NCBI GenBank assembly: GCA_943787795.1
Contig: CALSNU010000007.1
Location: forward strand, 113,046-177,045
DNA length: 64,000 bases
Origin: an uncultured bacterium
GTDB taxonomy: Bacteria; Planctomycetota; UBA1135; GCA-002686595
Direction of reading: 5' to 3'
Shown: positions 46,376-56,143 of the stretch, piece after piece
How positions within the stretch are numbered: position 1 is the stretch's first letter
Layout: each line of letters starts with the position of its first letter
The notes under the pieces: generated by a model
What the model saw: only the letters and a program-made list of their open reading frames with translations
What the model was told of the DNA's origin: nothing
Database searches by the model: none
Program-made: the position numbers and the translations under genes

Positions 46376-48730
46376 TCAGTCCGAGGTGTCAGCGGCGTCT
46401 CTCAGACGTGCGGACAGAAGGCTGAGCCGGCTGGACTGCTCTGCGTTTTCGACCGCACGCTGAAGCGCCCTGCGCTCTCCGACGAGCACAACGAGGCGCT
46501 TGGCCCGCGTCATCGCAGTGTAGAAGAGGTTCCTCTGGAGCATGTGTGCGTGCTGTGTCGAGAGCGGGAACACGACGCAGGGGAACTCTCCTCCCTGGCT
46601 GCGGTGGACCGTCATGGCGAAGGCGGGCCGCAGATCGCCGAGCGCACCGCGCTCGTAGACGACCTCTCGTTCGGGAAATTTCACGGTCACCGTCCCGTCC
46701 GCGTCGACCTGCGAGATGCGCCCGAGGTCTCCGTTGAAGACCTCGCGCTCGTAGTCGTTGCGGGTCTGGACGACCCGGTCGCCGGTGCGCCACGTCTTTC
46801 CGTCGAAGAGGACCTCTCGGCCTCCCTCGCCGAGGGCGTCGCGCAGGCGCTCGTTGAGGGAGTCCACCCCGGCGGGGCCCTTGTACATGGGAGCCAGGAC
46901 CTGCACGTCCCGGGCCCAGTCGAGCCCAAAGGTCTTGGGGACCCTCTCGGTCGCGACCTCGACGAGGCGCTCGGCCAGCCGCTCCTGTCCCTCCTCGACC
47001 GGGAAGAAGTAGAAGTCGGCGTCCTGCACGCCGCGGGGCGGTAGCTCCGGGAGCCGGCCCTCAAGGACTCGGTGTGCGTTCGTGATGATCAGGCTCTCGG
47101 TCGACTGCCTGAAGACCTGACTGAGTCGAGCCACCGGGACCACGCCGGACGCGAGCAGGTCGGCGAGGACGTTGCCAGCGCCCACGCTCGGCAGCTGATC
47201 GGGGTCACCTACGAGGATGAGACGAGTGGGAGATGCGACCGCGTCCACGAGCCGGCGTGCGAGGGCCGCGTCGAGCATGGACACCTCGTCCACGATGACC
47301 AGGCCCCCCTCGAGGGGCTTGTCCAGACCGTGCTCGAAGCCTCCCTCGCCCGGGATGAACTTCAGCAGGCGGTGGAGCGTGCTGGCCGGACGGCCGGTCG
47401 CCTCCGAGAGCCGCTTGGCGGCGCGCCCCGTGGGTGAGGCGAGCAGGACCTTGGCGCCGCCAGCTTCGGCGAGCTGGGCCACGAACTGAACGATGGTGGT
47501 CTTGCCCACGCCGGGGCCTCCGGTGAGGAGCGTGACCGGTTGCTTGAGGAGCTCGAGGACCGCGCTGCGCTGTCCCGGGTGGAGCTCGATGGAGGCGGCC
47601 GCCTCCGCGCGCTCGAGGTCCTCCGCCTGGGCGAGGGGCGAGGCGGGGCCCGCGAGTAGTCGCGCGAGACCGCGGGCGAGGCGCACCTCGTGCACGTGCT
47701 GCCGCGGCAGATAACAGGGGAGCTCTGCGCGAAAGCGTCCGCTTCCGTCGAGCGCATCGGAACGGTGCTCGTCCAGGGGGGGCGGCTCAGGGAGGACCTC
47801 CCGGTCGATGATGATATGGAGGCCGTCCTCCATCTCGTCGAGGGCGCGCACGAAGGCCTCCTTGGGCGCGGCACCCTCGAGCGTGTTGGCGGAGCGGCGC
47901 AGGAGATCCCCGAGGGGGAGCATCACGTGGCCCTCGCTCGTCGCGCGGTCGAGCACGTGGCGGGTCACGGCGCGCAGCCGGCGAGGGTCATCAGGAGCGA
48001 GCCCCAGCCGTTTGGCGACCCGATCAGCGGTGAGGAACCCCACGGAGGGGACGATCGAGAGGACAAAGGGGTTGTCGCGGATCATCGACTCGCACTCGGC
48101 CCCAAGCTTGGCGAGGACGGCCTGAGCCGTCAGCGGCCCCAGCCCCAGCTGTGCGAGGAACCCCTGCAGCTGATGGAGGCCCGCCTGGGCGACGACCGCG
48201 GTCCCGAGGCCCTCGGCGATCTCCGGCCGCAGGCCCTTGACGCCGACGAGGGCGCCCTTGGGGTCCTCCGCGATGCGCTCGAGCGCGTCGGTCCCGAGCT
48301 TTTCGACGATCCGCCGGGCGATGGTGGGGCCCACGCCCTCGAAGGCCTTGGACGAGAGGTAGCGGACGAGGCCCTCCTCGGTGGCGGGGGCGAGGGGCTC
48401 CGAGGCGGTGAATTCGAACTGGGCGCCGTGGTTGGGGTGGCGGCCCCACTTCCCCGAGAGGCGCACGCGGGCGCCCTCCACCGGGTCAGCGATCTTCCCG
48501 ATCGCCGTCACGCGGCCCGGAGAGAAGAGGGAACCGTCCTCAGGGGCCTGAAAACCAGGGTCTGGGTCGAGCCGGAGCACGCCGAAGAGGCTCGAGTCGT
48601 CGTGATACGTGATCGTCTCGATGGTCCCCTGGAATGTCTCCTCGCCGTCGGGTGCGGCTCGGTCGCCCGAACCAGGCCGGTCCTGGGGGCCTGTTCTGCG
48701 GGTCTGGGAGGGGTCTCTAGGCTCCTGCAA
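46376..48730 (-). CDS. recD2: ATP-dependent RecD2-like DNA helicase
   Basis: HPNHGAQF, YLSS..GVGP, LTGGPGVGKTT, SPTGRAAKRL, DEVSM, GDPDQLPSVG, FNGD, AMTVHRSQGGEF, YTAMTRAK. Start (TTG) uncertain. Confidence 0.95.
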   Translation of the reverse strand: MQEPRDPSQTRRTGPQDRPGSGDRAAPDGEETFQGTIETITYHDDSSLFGVLRLDPDPGFQAPEDGSLFSPGRVTAIGKIADPVEGARVRLSGKWGRHPNHGAQFEFTASEPLAPATEEGLVRYLSSKAFEGVGPTIARRIVEKLGTDALERIAEDPKGALVGVKGLRPEIAEGLGTAVVAQAGLHQLQGFLAQLGLGPLTAQAVLAKLGAECESMIRDNPFVLSIVPSVGFLTADRVAKRLGLAPDDPRRLRAVTRHVLDRATSEGHVMLPLGDLLRRSANTLEGAAPKEAFVRALDEMEDGLHIIIDREVLPEPPPLDEHRSDALDGSGRFRAELPCYLPRQHVHEVRLARGLARLLAGPASPLAQAEDLERAEAAASIELHPGQRSAVLELLKQPVTLLTGGPGVGKTTIVQFVAQLAEAGGAKVLLASPTGRAAKRLSEATGRPASTLHRLLKFIPGEGGFEHGLDKPLEGGLVIVDEVSMLDAALARRLVDAVASPTRLILVGDPDQLPSVGAGNVLADLLASGVVPVARLSQVFRQSTESLIITNAHRVLEGRLPELPPRGVQDADFYFFPVEEGQERLAERLVEVATERVPKTFGLDWARDVQVLAPMYKGPAGVDSLNERLRDALGEGGREVLFDGKTWRTGDRVVQTRNDYEREVFNGDLGRISQVDADGTVTVKFPEREVVYERGALGDLRPAFAMTVHRSQGGEFPCVVFPLSTQHAHMLQRNLFYTAMTRAKRLVVLVGERRALQRAVENAEQSSRLSLLSARLRDAADTSD

Positions 48731-48923
48731 GATGACCGAAGGATACCGGATCCACGCCTTCGATCGTCTCTGGCCCCTCCTCAGGTTGCGGCCAGCGCCG
48801 ACCCTCCGTATCCTTCTGCGCCCCAATCACCGCCCGGCCTGCCCGGCCCGATGGCCTCGCTGCCGCGCGGATCACAGTTCAACACCCCCACGCCCCTCGC
48901 CGCCTCATTGCGGCCCAGATCCC

Positions 48924-49166
48924 TTGATCAAGGTCTCCGTTCGTTCCAACGAGTCGCTCGAAGCAGCGCTCCGCCGCTTCAAGCGCCAGTGCAACTTCAG
49001 CGGCATCTTCCGTCTCGCCAAGGCCAACACCTGGCACGAGAAGCGCTCCGACCGTCGCCGCCGCGAGCGCCGCGAGCGCCTTCGCACCGTGCAGAAGGCC
49101 ACCCGGAAGAACGACCCGAACCGTCGTCGTCGTCGTCGCCCCGGCGGCGCTCCCAAGAAGCGCTGA
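48924..49166 (+). CDS. rpsU: 30S ribosomal protein bS21
   Basis: (TTG)IKVSVRSNESLEAALRRFKRQC..GI..HEKRSDRRRR. Confidence 0.92.
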   Translation: MIKVSVRSNESLEAALRRFKRQCNFSGIFRLAKANTWHEKRSDRRRRERRERLRTVQKATRKNDPNRRRRRRPGGAPKKR

Positions 49167-49201
49167 CGTGACCCCCGTCCTCTGGGCGGGCGAACCGAAC
49201 A

Positions 49202-49250
49202 GACAGGCCGCGTGATCCCCTCCCGGGTCACGCGGCCTGTCATTGTCTTA
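49202..49250 (+). terminator. Probable terminator hairpin after rpsU
   Basis: Perfect 14-bp stem GACAGGCCGCGTGA / TCACGCGGCCTGTC followed by ATTGTCTT. Confidence 0.75.
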
Positions 49251-49306
49251 CGCTGGAGCGAAGCCCATCGGCGGAATCGTCGACCACGGGTGAGGCCGAC
49301 GCACAC

Positions 49307-50368
49307 ATGGGAATCTTCGAGAAGGACAGGGACCTCACCGAGGCGCCGGAAGAGGCGCGCTTGGTTGTGGACGCCAGCTCGTTCCGCGAGAAGGCGAGGG
49401 GCTTCTCCATGCGCCTCGACCACTTCCTGAGCCACCACCTGAAGTGGCGCTCTCGGTCGAGCGTTCAGACGCTGGTGAAGGGCGGATACGTCGAGCTCGA
49501 CCTCGCACGGCCCGACGCTCCCGAGGGCACCGGTGAGCGACGGGTCGAGCGCCGACCTGGCGTGCGCCTCCAGCATGGGACGCGCGTCTACGTGCGCGTC
49601 CCGGAGGAGTACCGCGCGCTGCTCACCGGTGAGACCAGCGACGAGCTCGAGGTCCTCCACGAGGACCGCGACTGCCTCGCCGTCAACAAGCCGCCGCTGA
49701 TCGCCGTCCACCCCAGCGGTCGGCACATGACCGACACGCTCATCCAGCGCGTGCACAAGCGCTTCCAGGCCGAGATCGAGGGTGGGCAGATGCTGCCGCG
49801 CCTGTGCCATCGCCTGGACCGAGAGACCAGCGGCATCGTCCTCGTGGGCAAGCGCCCCGCCACCCAGGGCGCGCTCACCTCTCAGTTCGAGGATCGACTG
49901 GTGGAGAAGGAGTACCTCGCGATCGTCGAGGGAACCCCCGAGCAGGCCGAGGGGTCGATCGACGCCCCGATTCGACTCTCCACGACGTCGCCGGTGGAAC
50001 TCGAGATGACCACCGCGGCGGACGGCCTGCCTTGCAAGACGGACTGGCGCGTGGAGGCGAGCGCAGGCGGTTACTCGCGCCTGCGGCTCAGGATCCACAC
50101 CGGTCGGCAGCACCAGATCCGAGTCCACATGGCGGCCATCGGCACGCCGATTGTCGGAGACAAGCTTTATGGCCCCGACCGGGAGATCTTCCTCCGCTCA
50201 GCAGCGGGGGCGCTCACGGACTGGGACAGGGAGCAGCTTGTCCTGGACCGACACGCGCTGCACAGCGCCCGGCTCGTGTTCAGATCGCCGGCGGCCCACG
50301 AGCCGACCTGCATCGAGAGCGGCCTGCCTGATGATCTCACCGAGGCCTTTCCCCAGTTCGCGGGATGA
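49307..50368 (+). CDS. RluA-family pseudouridine synthase (RluD-like, S4 N-terminus)
   Basis: RLDHFL, VNKP, HRLDRETSG, KEYLAIV, TGRQHQIRVHM, GDKLYG, ALHS. Confidence 0.95.
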   Translation: MGIFEKDRDLTEAPEEARLVVDASSFREKARGFSMRLDHFLSHHLKWRSRSSVQTLVKGGYVELDLARPDAPEGTGERRVERRPGVRLQHGTRVYVRVPEEYRALLTGETSDELEVLHEDRDCLAVNKPPLIAVHPSGRHMTDTLIQRVHKRFQAEIEGGQMLPRLCHRLDRETSGIVLVGKRPATQGALTSQFEDRLVEKEYLAIVEGTPEQAEGSIDAPIRLSTTSPVELEMTTAADGLPCKTDWRVEASAGGYSRLRLRIHTGRQHQIRVHMAAIGTPIVGDKLYGPDREIFLRSAAGALTDWDREQLVLDRHALHSARLVFRSPAAHEPTCIESGLPDDLTEAFPQFAG

Positions 50369-50406
50369 CCCTTCCCGCGCTCCTCGACTCCTGTTTCACT
50401 CCTCCC

Positions 50407-50940
50407 ATGCGCCTCCTCACCTGCCTGATCACCGCCACCCTCGTCGCCGCGTGCGGTGAGGCTCCCAAGCCCATCACTCCCTCTAGCCCCGAAGGCACCG
50501 TGACCCTCGAAGACGTCAACGTCCCCAACCAGAGCACCGCCATGGAGGGCGTGCTCACCGCTGGCCAGCTGAGCGAGGAGCAGATGGTCGCCCTCGCCGG
50601 CCTCGGCTACGAGAGCTTCGTGAGCCTCCGCGAGGCGGACGAGGGGGGCTCCGGCTGGGAGGAGGCCTTCGCCGCCGAGAAGGGCATCCACTTCGTGCGC
50701 CTGCCGATCGCCGGCGCGGACGGGATCGACGAGGCTCACGCCCGCAAGCTCGACGAGCTCATGGCGGCCGAGGCACGCCCGATGGTGCTCTACTGCGGCA
50801 GCAGCAACCGCGTCGGCGCGCTGCTCGCGCTGAGGGCCTTCCATGTGGAGGGCCAGGGTCCTGCAGAGTGCCTCGAGCTTGGCAAGAGCACCGGGGTCAC
50901 CGGTCTCGAGGGCATGCTCGCCGAGAAGCTCGGACTCTGA
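50407..50940 (+). CDS. Lipoprotein with PTP-like/DUF442 sulfur-transferase domain
   Basis: Lipobox VAAC; TAGQ, VSLR..E, GIHFVRLPI, VLYCGSSNRVG (CX4R-type loop). Confidence 0.85.
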   Translation: MRLLTCLITATLVAACGEAPKPITPSSPEGTVTLEDVNVPNQSTAMEGVLTAGQLSEEQMVALAGLGYESFVSLREADEGGSGWEEAFAAEKGIHFVRLPIAGADGIDEAHARKLDELMAAEARPMVLYCGSSNRVGALLALRAFHVEGQGPAECLELGKSTGVTGLEGMLAEKLGL

Positions 50941-50969
50941 GTCAGGCGGACTCTGAGTCAGGCGGGCTC
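50931..50969. repeat. Perfect 16-bp tandem duplication spanning two convergent stop codons
   Basis: cggactctgagtcagg x2 + cgggctc. Confidence 0.9.
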
Positions 50970-51764
50970 CAGGCCGAAGACGGCGTGGGTCGCCTCCCAC
51001 GCCGCCGCCGCGACCGCGCCCGGCGTCTCTCCCCGAAGCGCCGCAACGGCGGCGAGCACGGCGGGGAGGTGCCGGGGTTCATTTCGGCGTGAAGCAGGCC
51101 TGGGGTCGAGGTTGCGGGGGAGCAGGTAGGGGGCGTCGGTCTCCAGCAAGAGCCGGTCGGCGGGGATCTCGGCCACGGCCCGGCGGAGGTCTCCCCCCCG
51201 GCGTTCGTCGCAGACCCAACCTGTGATGCCCAGGTGGCAGCCGAGCTCCAGGTAGTCGGCGGCGGCCTCGGGCCCCTCGGTGAAGCAGTGCACCACGGCC
51301 CCCCTCGCGAGGGAGGGCCAGGCGTTGCGTAGGACGGCCAGGAACTCGTCGTGGGCGTCGCGCTGGTGGAGGAAGACGGGCAGCCCGGCCTCTGCGGCGA
51401 GGCCGAGCTGGGCCTCGAAGGCCGCCAGCTGCGCCTCGCGGGGGCTGAAGTTCCGGTTGTAGTCGAGCCCGCATTCGCCAACGGCGACGACCCGGCCCTC
51501 GCGGTGGAGCTCCCTCAGCCGCGCCGCGGTGGCGTCGTCGAAGTCAGAGGCGTGGTGCGGGTGGACGCCCGCGGTCGACCAGAGCTCGACGCCCTGGCCC
51601 GCGCGCCTTGCGGCCTCGGCGGCGGCCTCGCTGGAGCGGAGATCGGTCCCGGTGAGGACCATCCGCTCGACGCCAGCCTGGCGGGCGCGTTGGAGGACCT
51701 CGTCGCGGTCGCCCTCGAACTGACGGCTCATCAGGTTGACGCCGATATCGACCAATCTCATCAC
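50958..51764 (-). CDS. tatD: TatD-family deoxyribonuclease
   Basis: DIGVNL, TAGVHPH, VGECGLDY, FLHQRDA, VHCFT, LETDAPYL. Confidence 0.95.
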   Translation of the reverse strand: MMRLVDIGVNLMSRQFEGDRDEVLQRARQAGVERMVLTGTDLRSSEAAAEAARRAGQGVELWSTAGVHPHHASDFDDATAARLRELHREGRVVAVGECGLDYNRNFSPREAQLAAFEAQLGLAAEAGLPVFLHQRDAHDEFLAVLRNAWPSLARGAVVHCFTEGPEAAADYLELGCHLGITGWVCDERRGGDLRRAVAEIPADRLLLETDAPYLLPRNLDPRPASRRNEPRHLPAVLAAVAALRGETPGAVAAAAWEATHAVFGLEPA

Positions 51765-51790
51765 GGCCAGACGATAGCCTCGATCCTGTC

Positions 51791-52174
51791 ATGAGCGAAT
51801 CCTCTGCCCCCGAACCGGTCGACCTGCACGCGAAGATGCGCGAGGTCACTCCCCTCTGGACACCCCACCGTGTCGGCCGTTTCGACGGCCACCAGCTCCT
51901 GCTCGCGCGGGTGGACGGCGAGTTCGTCTGGCACCAGCACGACGACCACGACGAGGTCTTCATTCCCCTGCGCGGCACCTTGCTCCTGGACTTCGAGGGC
52001 GGCGTCACCCGTGAGGTCCGCCCGGGGAGCCTCCTGGTCGTCCCCGCTGGCGTGGCGCACCGGCCCAGGACCGACGGAGGTGAGGTCGAGATGTTGGTGC
52101 TCGACCCCATGGGCGTGAAGCACACGGGGGACGTCAAGGACGAGCTCACCGTGGACGAGTACCCCGAGATCTGA
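51791..52174 (+). CDS. Cupin domain protein
   Basis: WTP..VG, GEFVWHQHDDHDE, VPAGVAHRP, HTGD. Confidence 0.92.
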   Translation: MSESSAPEPVDLHAKMREVTPLWTPHRVGRFDGHQLLLARVDGEFVWHQHDDHDEVFIPLRGTLLLDFEGGVTREVRPGSLLVVPAGVAHRPRTDGGEVEMLVLDPMGVKHTGDVKDELTVDEYPEI

Positions 52175-52339
52175 GGGAGCGAGCCGTGAAATGAGTGAGG
52201 GCGCCTTCACAAGAACAGGCGCGGGCTCTGATCGTAGGGTCGAAGACCGCTCACCCAAACGAACCACGCAGCATGAGCATCGAACCTCCCAGGACAAGGA
52301 CGAGCTCACCCCGGACCACCCCAAGCTAGAGATCCCTTC

Positions 52340-52711
52340 ATGACCAATCTGACCGACGTCGAACGTCCTGAGATGGACCAGCGCGAGATCAACCAGTGGT
52401 GCATGTTCATGCACCTGGGGCTGCTCGCGGGATACGCCATTCCCCTCGGCGGATTGGTGGTGCCAATCGTCCTCTGGCAGCTCAAGAAGGACGTCTCTCC
52501 CCAGATCGATCAGCACGGGCGGATGGTGGCGAGCGCGATCGTGGCGTTCGTGCTCTACGGCATCCTCGCGGGGATCCTCTGCCTTGTCCTGGTCGGCTTC
52601 GTCCTCCTGCCCGTGGTCGGAATCTGCGGCATCGTCTTCCCGATCATCGGGGGCATCAAGGCCAACGACGGGGAGTCCTGGCCCTACCCGCTCGTCCCGA
52701 AGATCTTCTGA
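52340..52711 (+). CDS. DUF4870 membrane protein
   Basis: W.MFMHL, PIVLW..KK..IDQHG, IIGGIKANDG..YP. Confidence 0.9.
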   Translation: MTNLTDVERPEMDQREINQWCMFMHLGLLAGYAIPLGGLVVPIVLWQLKKDVSPQIDQHGRMVASAIVAFVLYGILAGILCLVLVGFVLLPVVGICGIVFPIIGGIKANDGESWPYPLVPKIF

Positions 52712-52747
52712 TCGCGGACCGTGCCCGCCGGCCCCGAGGCCGTGCGC

Positions 52748-54196
52748 TCAGGTGGCGCGCGCGCGGGCCGTGGCGGTCCCTGTGACGGCGATCGCTGCCA
52801 TTGCGCCCAACAGGGCCCACCCCGGGCCCGCAGCGGGCAACTTCTGCCAGCTGACGACCGCGAGGAGCGTCATGCCGATGGCGACGGTGAGGAGGTCCCC
52901 GCCGAGCCCGCTGGCGCCCGTGCTCTGGAGCTCTTGAGCTTCTGTCGAGAGCGGTCTCGGCCCGCCGGGTCGCCACAGGAGCTTGAGCACCAGTAGCCCT
53001 GAGGCGAGCGCCACGGGCCAGAGCCGGAGCGCCAGGGCCGGGGAAGCCAGCGCGGCGACGAGGGCGCCCATGGCGAGGTACAGCGGGAGCAGCAGCCGGA
53101 CGGCCACGGCCTTGCGCGCGCCGCCGTCCTCGGCCCGCGGGTCTGCGGGGGACGTGTCGACGATCCAGCGGGCCGCCGGGGTCGCCGAGGTCGGCACGTG
53201 CATCAGGACGAACGGCAGGTAGGCGCCCGGGGCGAAGAGGAGGAGGGCATAGAGGCCCTCACCCTCCACGGTCGTCGCGTCAGCGCCCATGAGCACCAGC
53301 AGCAGGGGCGCCGCCACGAGAGGGTAGGTCCGGACCACGAAGTCGCGCTCCGCGGGCAGCGCGTCGAAGATGAAGCCGAAGGGGCCGCGCTCCTCGGGGG
53401 TCACCCAGAGGCGTTCGGCCAGGATGCGGGCCGGCGTGAGGAGCGTCCCGAGCACGGAGCTCGTGGAGCGTGCTCGGGGCGCCGGTGGGAAGGGCGCGAG
53501 GGCGAGGACGGCCGCCGCGAGCAGGACAGCGCCCGCGGCGATCACACCCGCTGTCCCTGGACCAGCCGCTGCGAACGGCGCGGAGAACCACGCCGGAGGG
53601 AGGAGAAGCCAGACGCCGGTGGGCCCCTCGATCGCCGCGAGGGCGCCGAGGCTTCGCAGGCCCACCAGGACGCCGACCATGATCGCCACGAAGAGCACGG
53701 TCTGGAGGGCAACCATGACCGTGTCGCCGCCGCGCCCGAGGACGACCTGGAGGAGCAGGAGCGCCGCCGCGACCGTCCAGGTCTGCAGGACGCCCATCAC
53801 CACCAGCAGCGGCCGCTCAGCGACGCTCATGGAGCCTGGCGCGAGGATGGCGGCGGGGATCAGGGAGGCGGCAGCGAGCGCGCCCATGATGAGCAGCAGC
53901 GTCATCACCCGCGACAGCCGCAGGTCCCGTGGGGTCACGGGGAGGGCCCCGACCCACTCGGTGGCGGGGTCGGCTCGAAGGAGCGGCGCGAGCTCTCCCA
54001 GGAGCGGCACCGTCGTCAGGGCGAGCGGGAGGCAGAGGGCGAAGACGGCGTACCCGAAGCCGCCGACCTCGCCGCGGACCACCGCGCACAGCAGCGCCGA
54101 GATCACCACCTGCATGGCGAGGGCGGCGACGGGGGTTCGCTCGCCGAGGACCTCCCCGGAGAGCTGGGCGCGGACGAGACTGGTGAGGCGATTCAA
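52748..54196 (-). CDS. Polytopic membrane protein, ABC-exporter permease-like
   Basis: About 12 hydrophobic segments; LPVTPR.L..R, PPAWF, ERDF..RTYP motifs. Start (TTG) uncertain. Confidence 0.65.
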   Translation of the reverse strand: MNRLTSLVRAQLSGEVLGERTPVAALAMQVVISALLCAVVRGEVGGFGYAVFALCLPLALTTVPLLGELAPLLRADPATEWVGALPVTPRDLRLSRVMTLLLIMGALAAASLIPAAILAPGSMSVAERPLLVVMGVLQTWTVAAALLLLQVVLGRGGDTVMVALQTVLFVAIMVGVLVGLRSLGALAAIEGPTGVWLLLPPAWFSAPFAAAGPGTAGVIAAGAVLLAAAVLALAPFPPAPRARSTSSVLGTLLTPARILAERLWVTPEERGPFGFIFDALPAERDFVVRTYPLVAAPLLLVLMGADATTVEGEGLYALLLFAPGAYLPFVLMHVPTSATPAARWIVDTSPADPRAEDGGARKAVAVRLLLPLYLAMGALVAALASPALALRLWPVALASGLLVLKLLWRPGGPRPLSTEAQELQSTGASGLGGDLLTVAIGMTLLAVVSWQKLPAAGPGWALLGAMAAIAVTGTATARARAT

Positions 54197-54263
54197 TGGA
54201 CGGACGCGACTTGCGCGACGCGAAGGGTACCGCGATCGGGCTCCGAGCCCATACTCAGCCCCG

Positions 54264-54902
54264 ATGTCGAACAAGGTGACGATCCAGGGGCCGGTCGGAA
54301 GGCTGGAGGGGGAGCTGTGGCTCCCGGAGGACGGGAGCGCCCCCGTGGCGGCGGCGGTGGTGTGCCACCCGCACCCGCTGCACGGCGGGACCATGAAGAA
54401 CAACGTGGTCCATCGCACGGCGCGCGGCCTCAACGACGCGGGCCTCGCGGTCCTTCGCTTCAACTTCCGCGGCGTGGGCGCCAGCGAGGGGGTGCACGAC
54501 GGCCACGGCGCGGAGGAGGAGGACCTCGCCGCGGCGCTCACCTTCCTGGGGGAGGCCTGCCCTGGCATCCCGCTGTGGGCGGGCGGGTTCTCCTTCGGCT
54601 CACGGACCCTGGTGGGGCTCGCGCCGAGGGAGCCGCGCATCCAGCGCGTGCTGCTGGTGGCGCTCCCGGTGATCGCCTACGACTGCAGCGCCGCTCTCGA
54701 GGTGACCCAGCCGGGCGCCATCATCATGGCGGGAGACGACACCTTCGGGACTCTTGAGGTCCTCACCAGGCAGTTGCCCGGGCTCATGAGCCGCTTCCAC
54801 GTCGAGGAGATTCCCGGCGTCGACCACTTCTTCACCGGCAAGTTGGATGAGCTGCGCCTGCGCGTCCGCGACTGGGCGACCAGCCAGCTCCAGACCCCCT
54901 GA
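54264..54902 (+). CDS. Alpha/beta hydrolase
   Basis: GPVGRLEG, CHPHPLHGGTM.N.VV, LRFNFRGVG.SEG, GFSFG, DHFF. Confidence 0.93.
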   Translation: MSNKVTIQGPVGRLEGELWLPEDGSAPVAAAVVCHPHPLHGGTMKNNVVHRTARGLNDAGLAVLRFNFRGVGASEGVHDGHGAEEEDLAAALTFLGEACPGIPLWAGGFSFGSRTLVGLAPREPRIQRVLLVALPVIAYDCSAALEVTQPGAIIMAGDDTFGTLEVLTRQLPGLMSRFHVEEIPGVDHFFTGKLDELRLRVRDWATSQLQTP

Positions 54903-54910
54903 GACGAGCC

Positions 54911-55342
54911 ATGACCGTGATCCAAGAGCAATTCCCCGCGGACAAGATCCCCTCCATCAAGCGGGTGATGATGCCGCGGGACACCAACGCGGTCGGGACC
55001 ATCTTCGGCGGCGTCATCCTCGCCGAGATCGACCTCGCTGCGGCCACCGAGGCGCACCATCACCACCAGGGCATGGTCGTCACCGTGTCGATGGATAAGA
55101 TCGACTTCAAGGCGCCGGTGCGGGTCGGCGATCTCGTCTCGTTCTTCACGGAGACGCTCCGCATCGGGCGGTCGTCCATCAAGGTCAAGGTGGCGGTGTG
55201 GGCCTGCCGCCGCTTCGGTGGGGGGACCCACGAGTACGTGACCGAGGCGGAGGTCACCATGGTCGCTGTGGACGACCAGTTCCGTCCCACGCCTGTCGCC
55301 GGCAAGGGCGGCGGCGACCACCAAGGTCCCGCCGAGAGCTGA
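54911..55342 (+). CDS. Acyl-CoA thioesterase (YciA hotdog family)
   Basis: MPRDTNAVGTIFGGVIL..IDLAA, F.APV.VGD, GRSS, VAVD. Confidence 0.92.
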   Translation: MTVIQEQFPADKIPSIKRVMMPRDTNAVGTIFGGVILAEIDLAAATEAHHHHQGMVVTVSMDKIDFKAPVRVGDLVSFFTETLRIGRSSIKVKVAVWACRRFGGGTHEYVTEAEVTMVAVDDQFRPTPVAGKGGGDHQGPAES

Positions 55343-55345
55343 CTC

Positions 55346-56137
55346 TTAACCGAGGATGGCCGCGGCGCGCGCGGCGGGATCCTCGGTGCTTGTCAGGGTC
55401 TGGAAGATCTCCTCGAGGCTCTGGTCCCCGGTCCCGGCGGCCCGGAGTTCCTCAAGGGCGCCGACGGCGATCAGCTTCGACTTCGCCATGACGGCGACCC
55501 GGTCGCACACGCGCTCGACCACATCGAGCAGGTGGGAGGTGTACAGGACAGCCCCGCCGCGGTCGGCCCAGCCACGGAGCACCGCCTTGAGCATCGCCGC
55601 GCTGGGCGCGTCGAGGCCGCTCAGGGGTTCATCGAGGACGAGCAGGTCGGGCCGCGGGAGCAGCGCGCAGGCCAGCGCTGTCTTCTGGCGCATGCCTCGC
55701 GAGAACGAGCCGACGGGGTCGTCAATGCGGTCGGCGAGCTCGAGGTGCCCGAGGAGGCGGACCGCCTCGGCCAGGGTCTCAGAGTCGTCCTGGCCGTGCA
55801 GCCGCCCCACCAGCATGAGGTGCTGGCGAGGGGAGAGGTTGGGGTAGAGGGGGGCCCCGTCGGGGACGTAGCCCAGGGACCTGCGTGCCCCGAGCGGGTC
55901 CTCAGATACGGAGCGCCCGGCGATCTGGACGTCCCCCGCGGACGGATCCAGGAGGCCGCAGAGCATGCGAACCGTGGTGGTCTTTCCGGCGCCGTTGGGG
56001 CCAACGAGCCCCAGGACCTCTCCGGGCATCACGTCGATGGAAAGGTCGTCGACGGCCACCAGTTCATCGAACCGGCGGCTGACCCCAGCGAGGGAGGCGA
56101 CAGGTCTCGCCGAACCGGCTGCTCGCGGCTCACTCAC
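55346..56137 (-). CDS. ABC transporter ATP-binding protein
   Basis: GPNGAGKTT, FSRGMRQK, LDEP, SH. Confidence 0.95.
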   Translation of the reverse strand: MSEPRAAGSARPVASLAGVSRRFDELVAVDDLSIDVMPGEVLGLVGPNGAGKTTTVRMLCGLLDPSAGDVQIAGRSVSEDPLGARRSLGYVPDGAPLYPNLSPRQHLMLVGRLHGQDDSETLAEAVRLLGHLELADRIDDPVGSFSRGMRQKTALACALLPRPDLLVLDEPLSGLDAPSAAMLKAVLRGWADRGGAVLYTSHLLDVVERVCDRVAVMAKSKLIAVGALEELRAAGTGDQSLEEIFQTLTSTEDPAARAAAILG

Positions 56138-56143
56138 GCGTGC

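Noticed and set aside
46376..48730. recD2, rarA and tatD as a defence or mobile-element module
   Set aside because: They are dispersed among housekeeping genes (rpsU, RluA-family, usp) with normal composition and no integrase or defence partners.
52273..52329. 18-codon uORF (MSIEPPRTRTSSPRTTPS) before the DUF4870 gene
   Set aside because: No SD, attenuator or other support; short ORFs are expected by chance.
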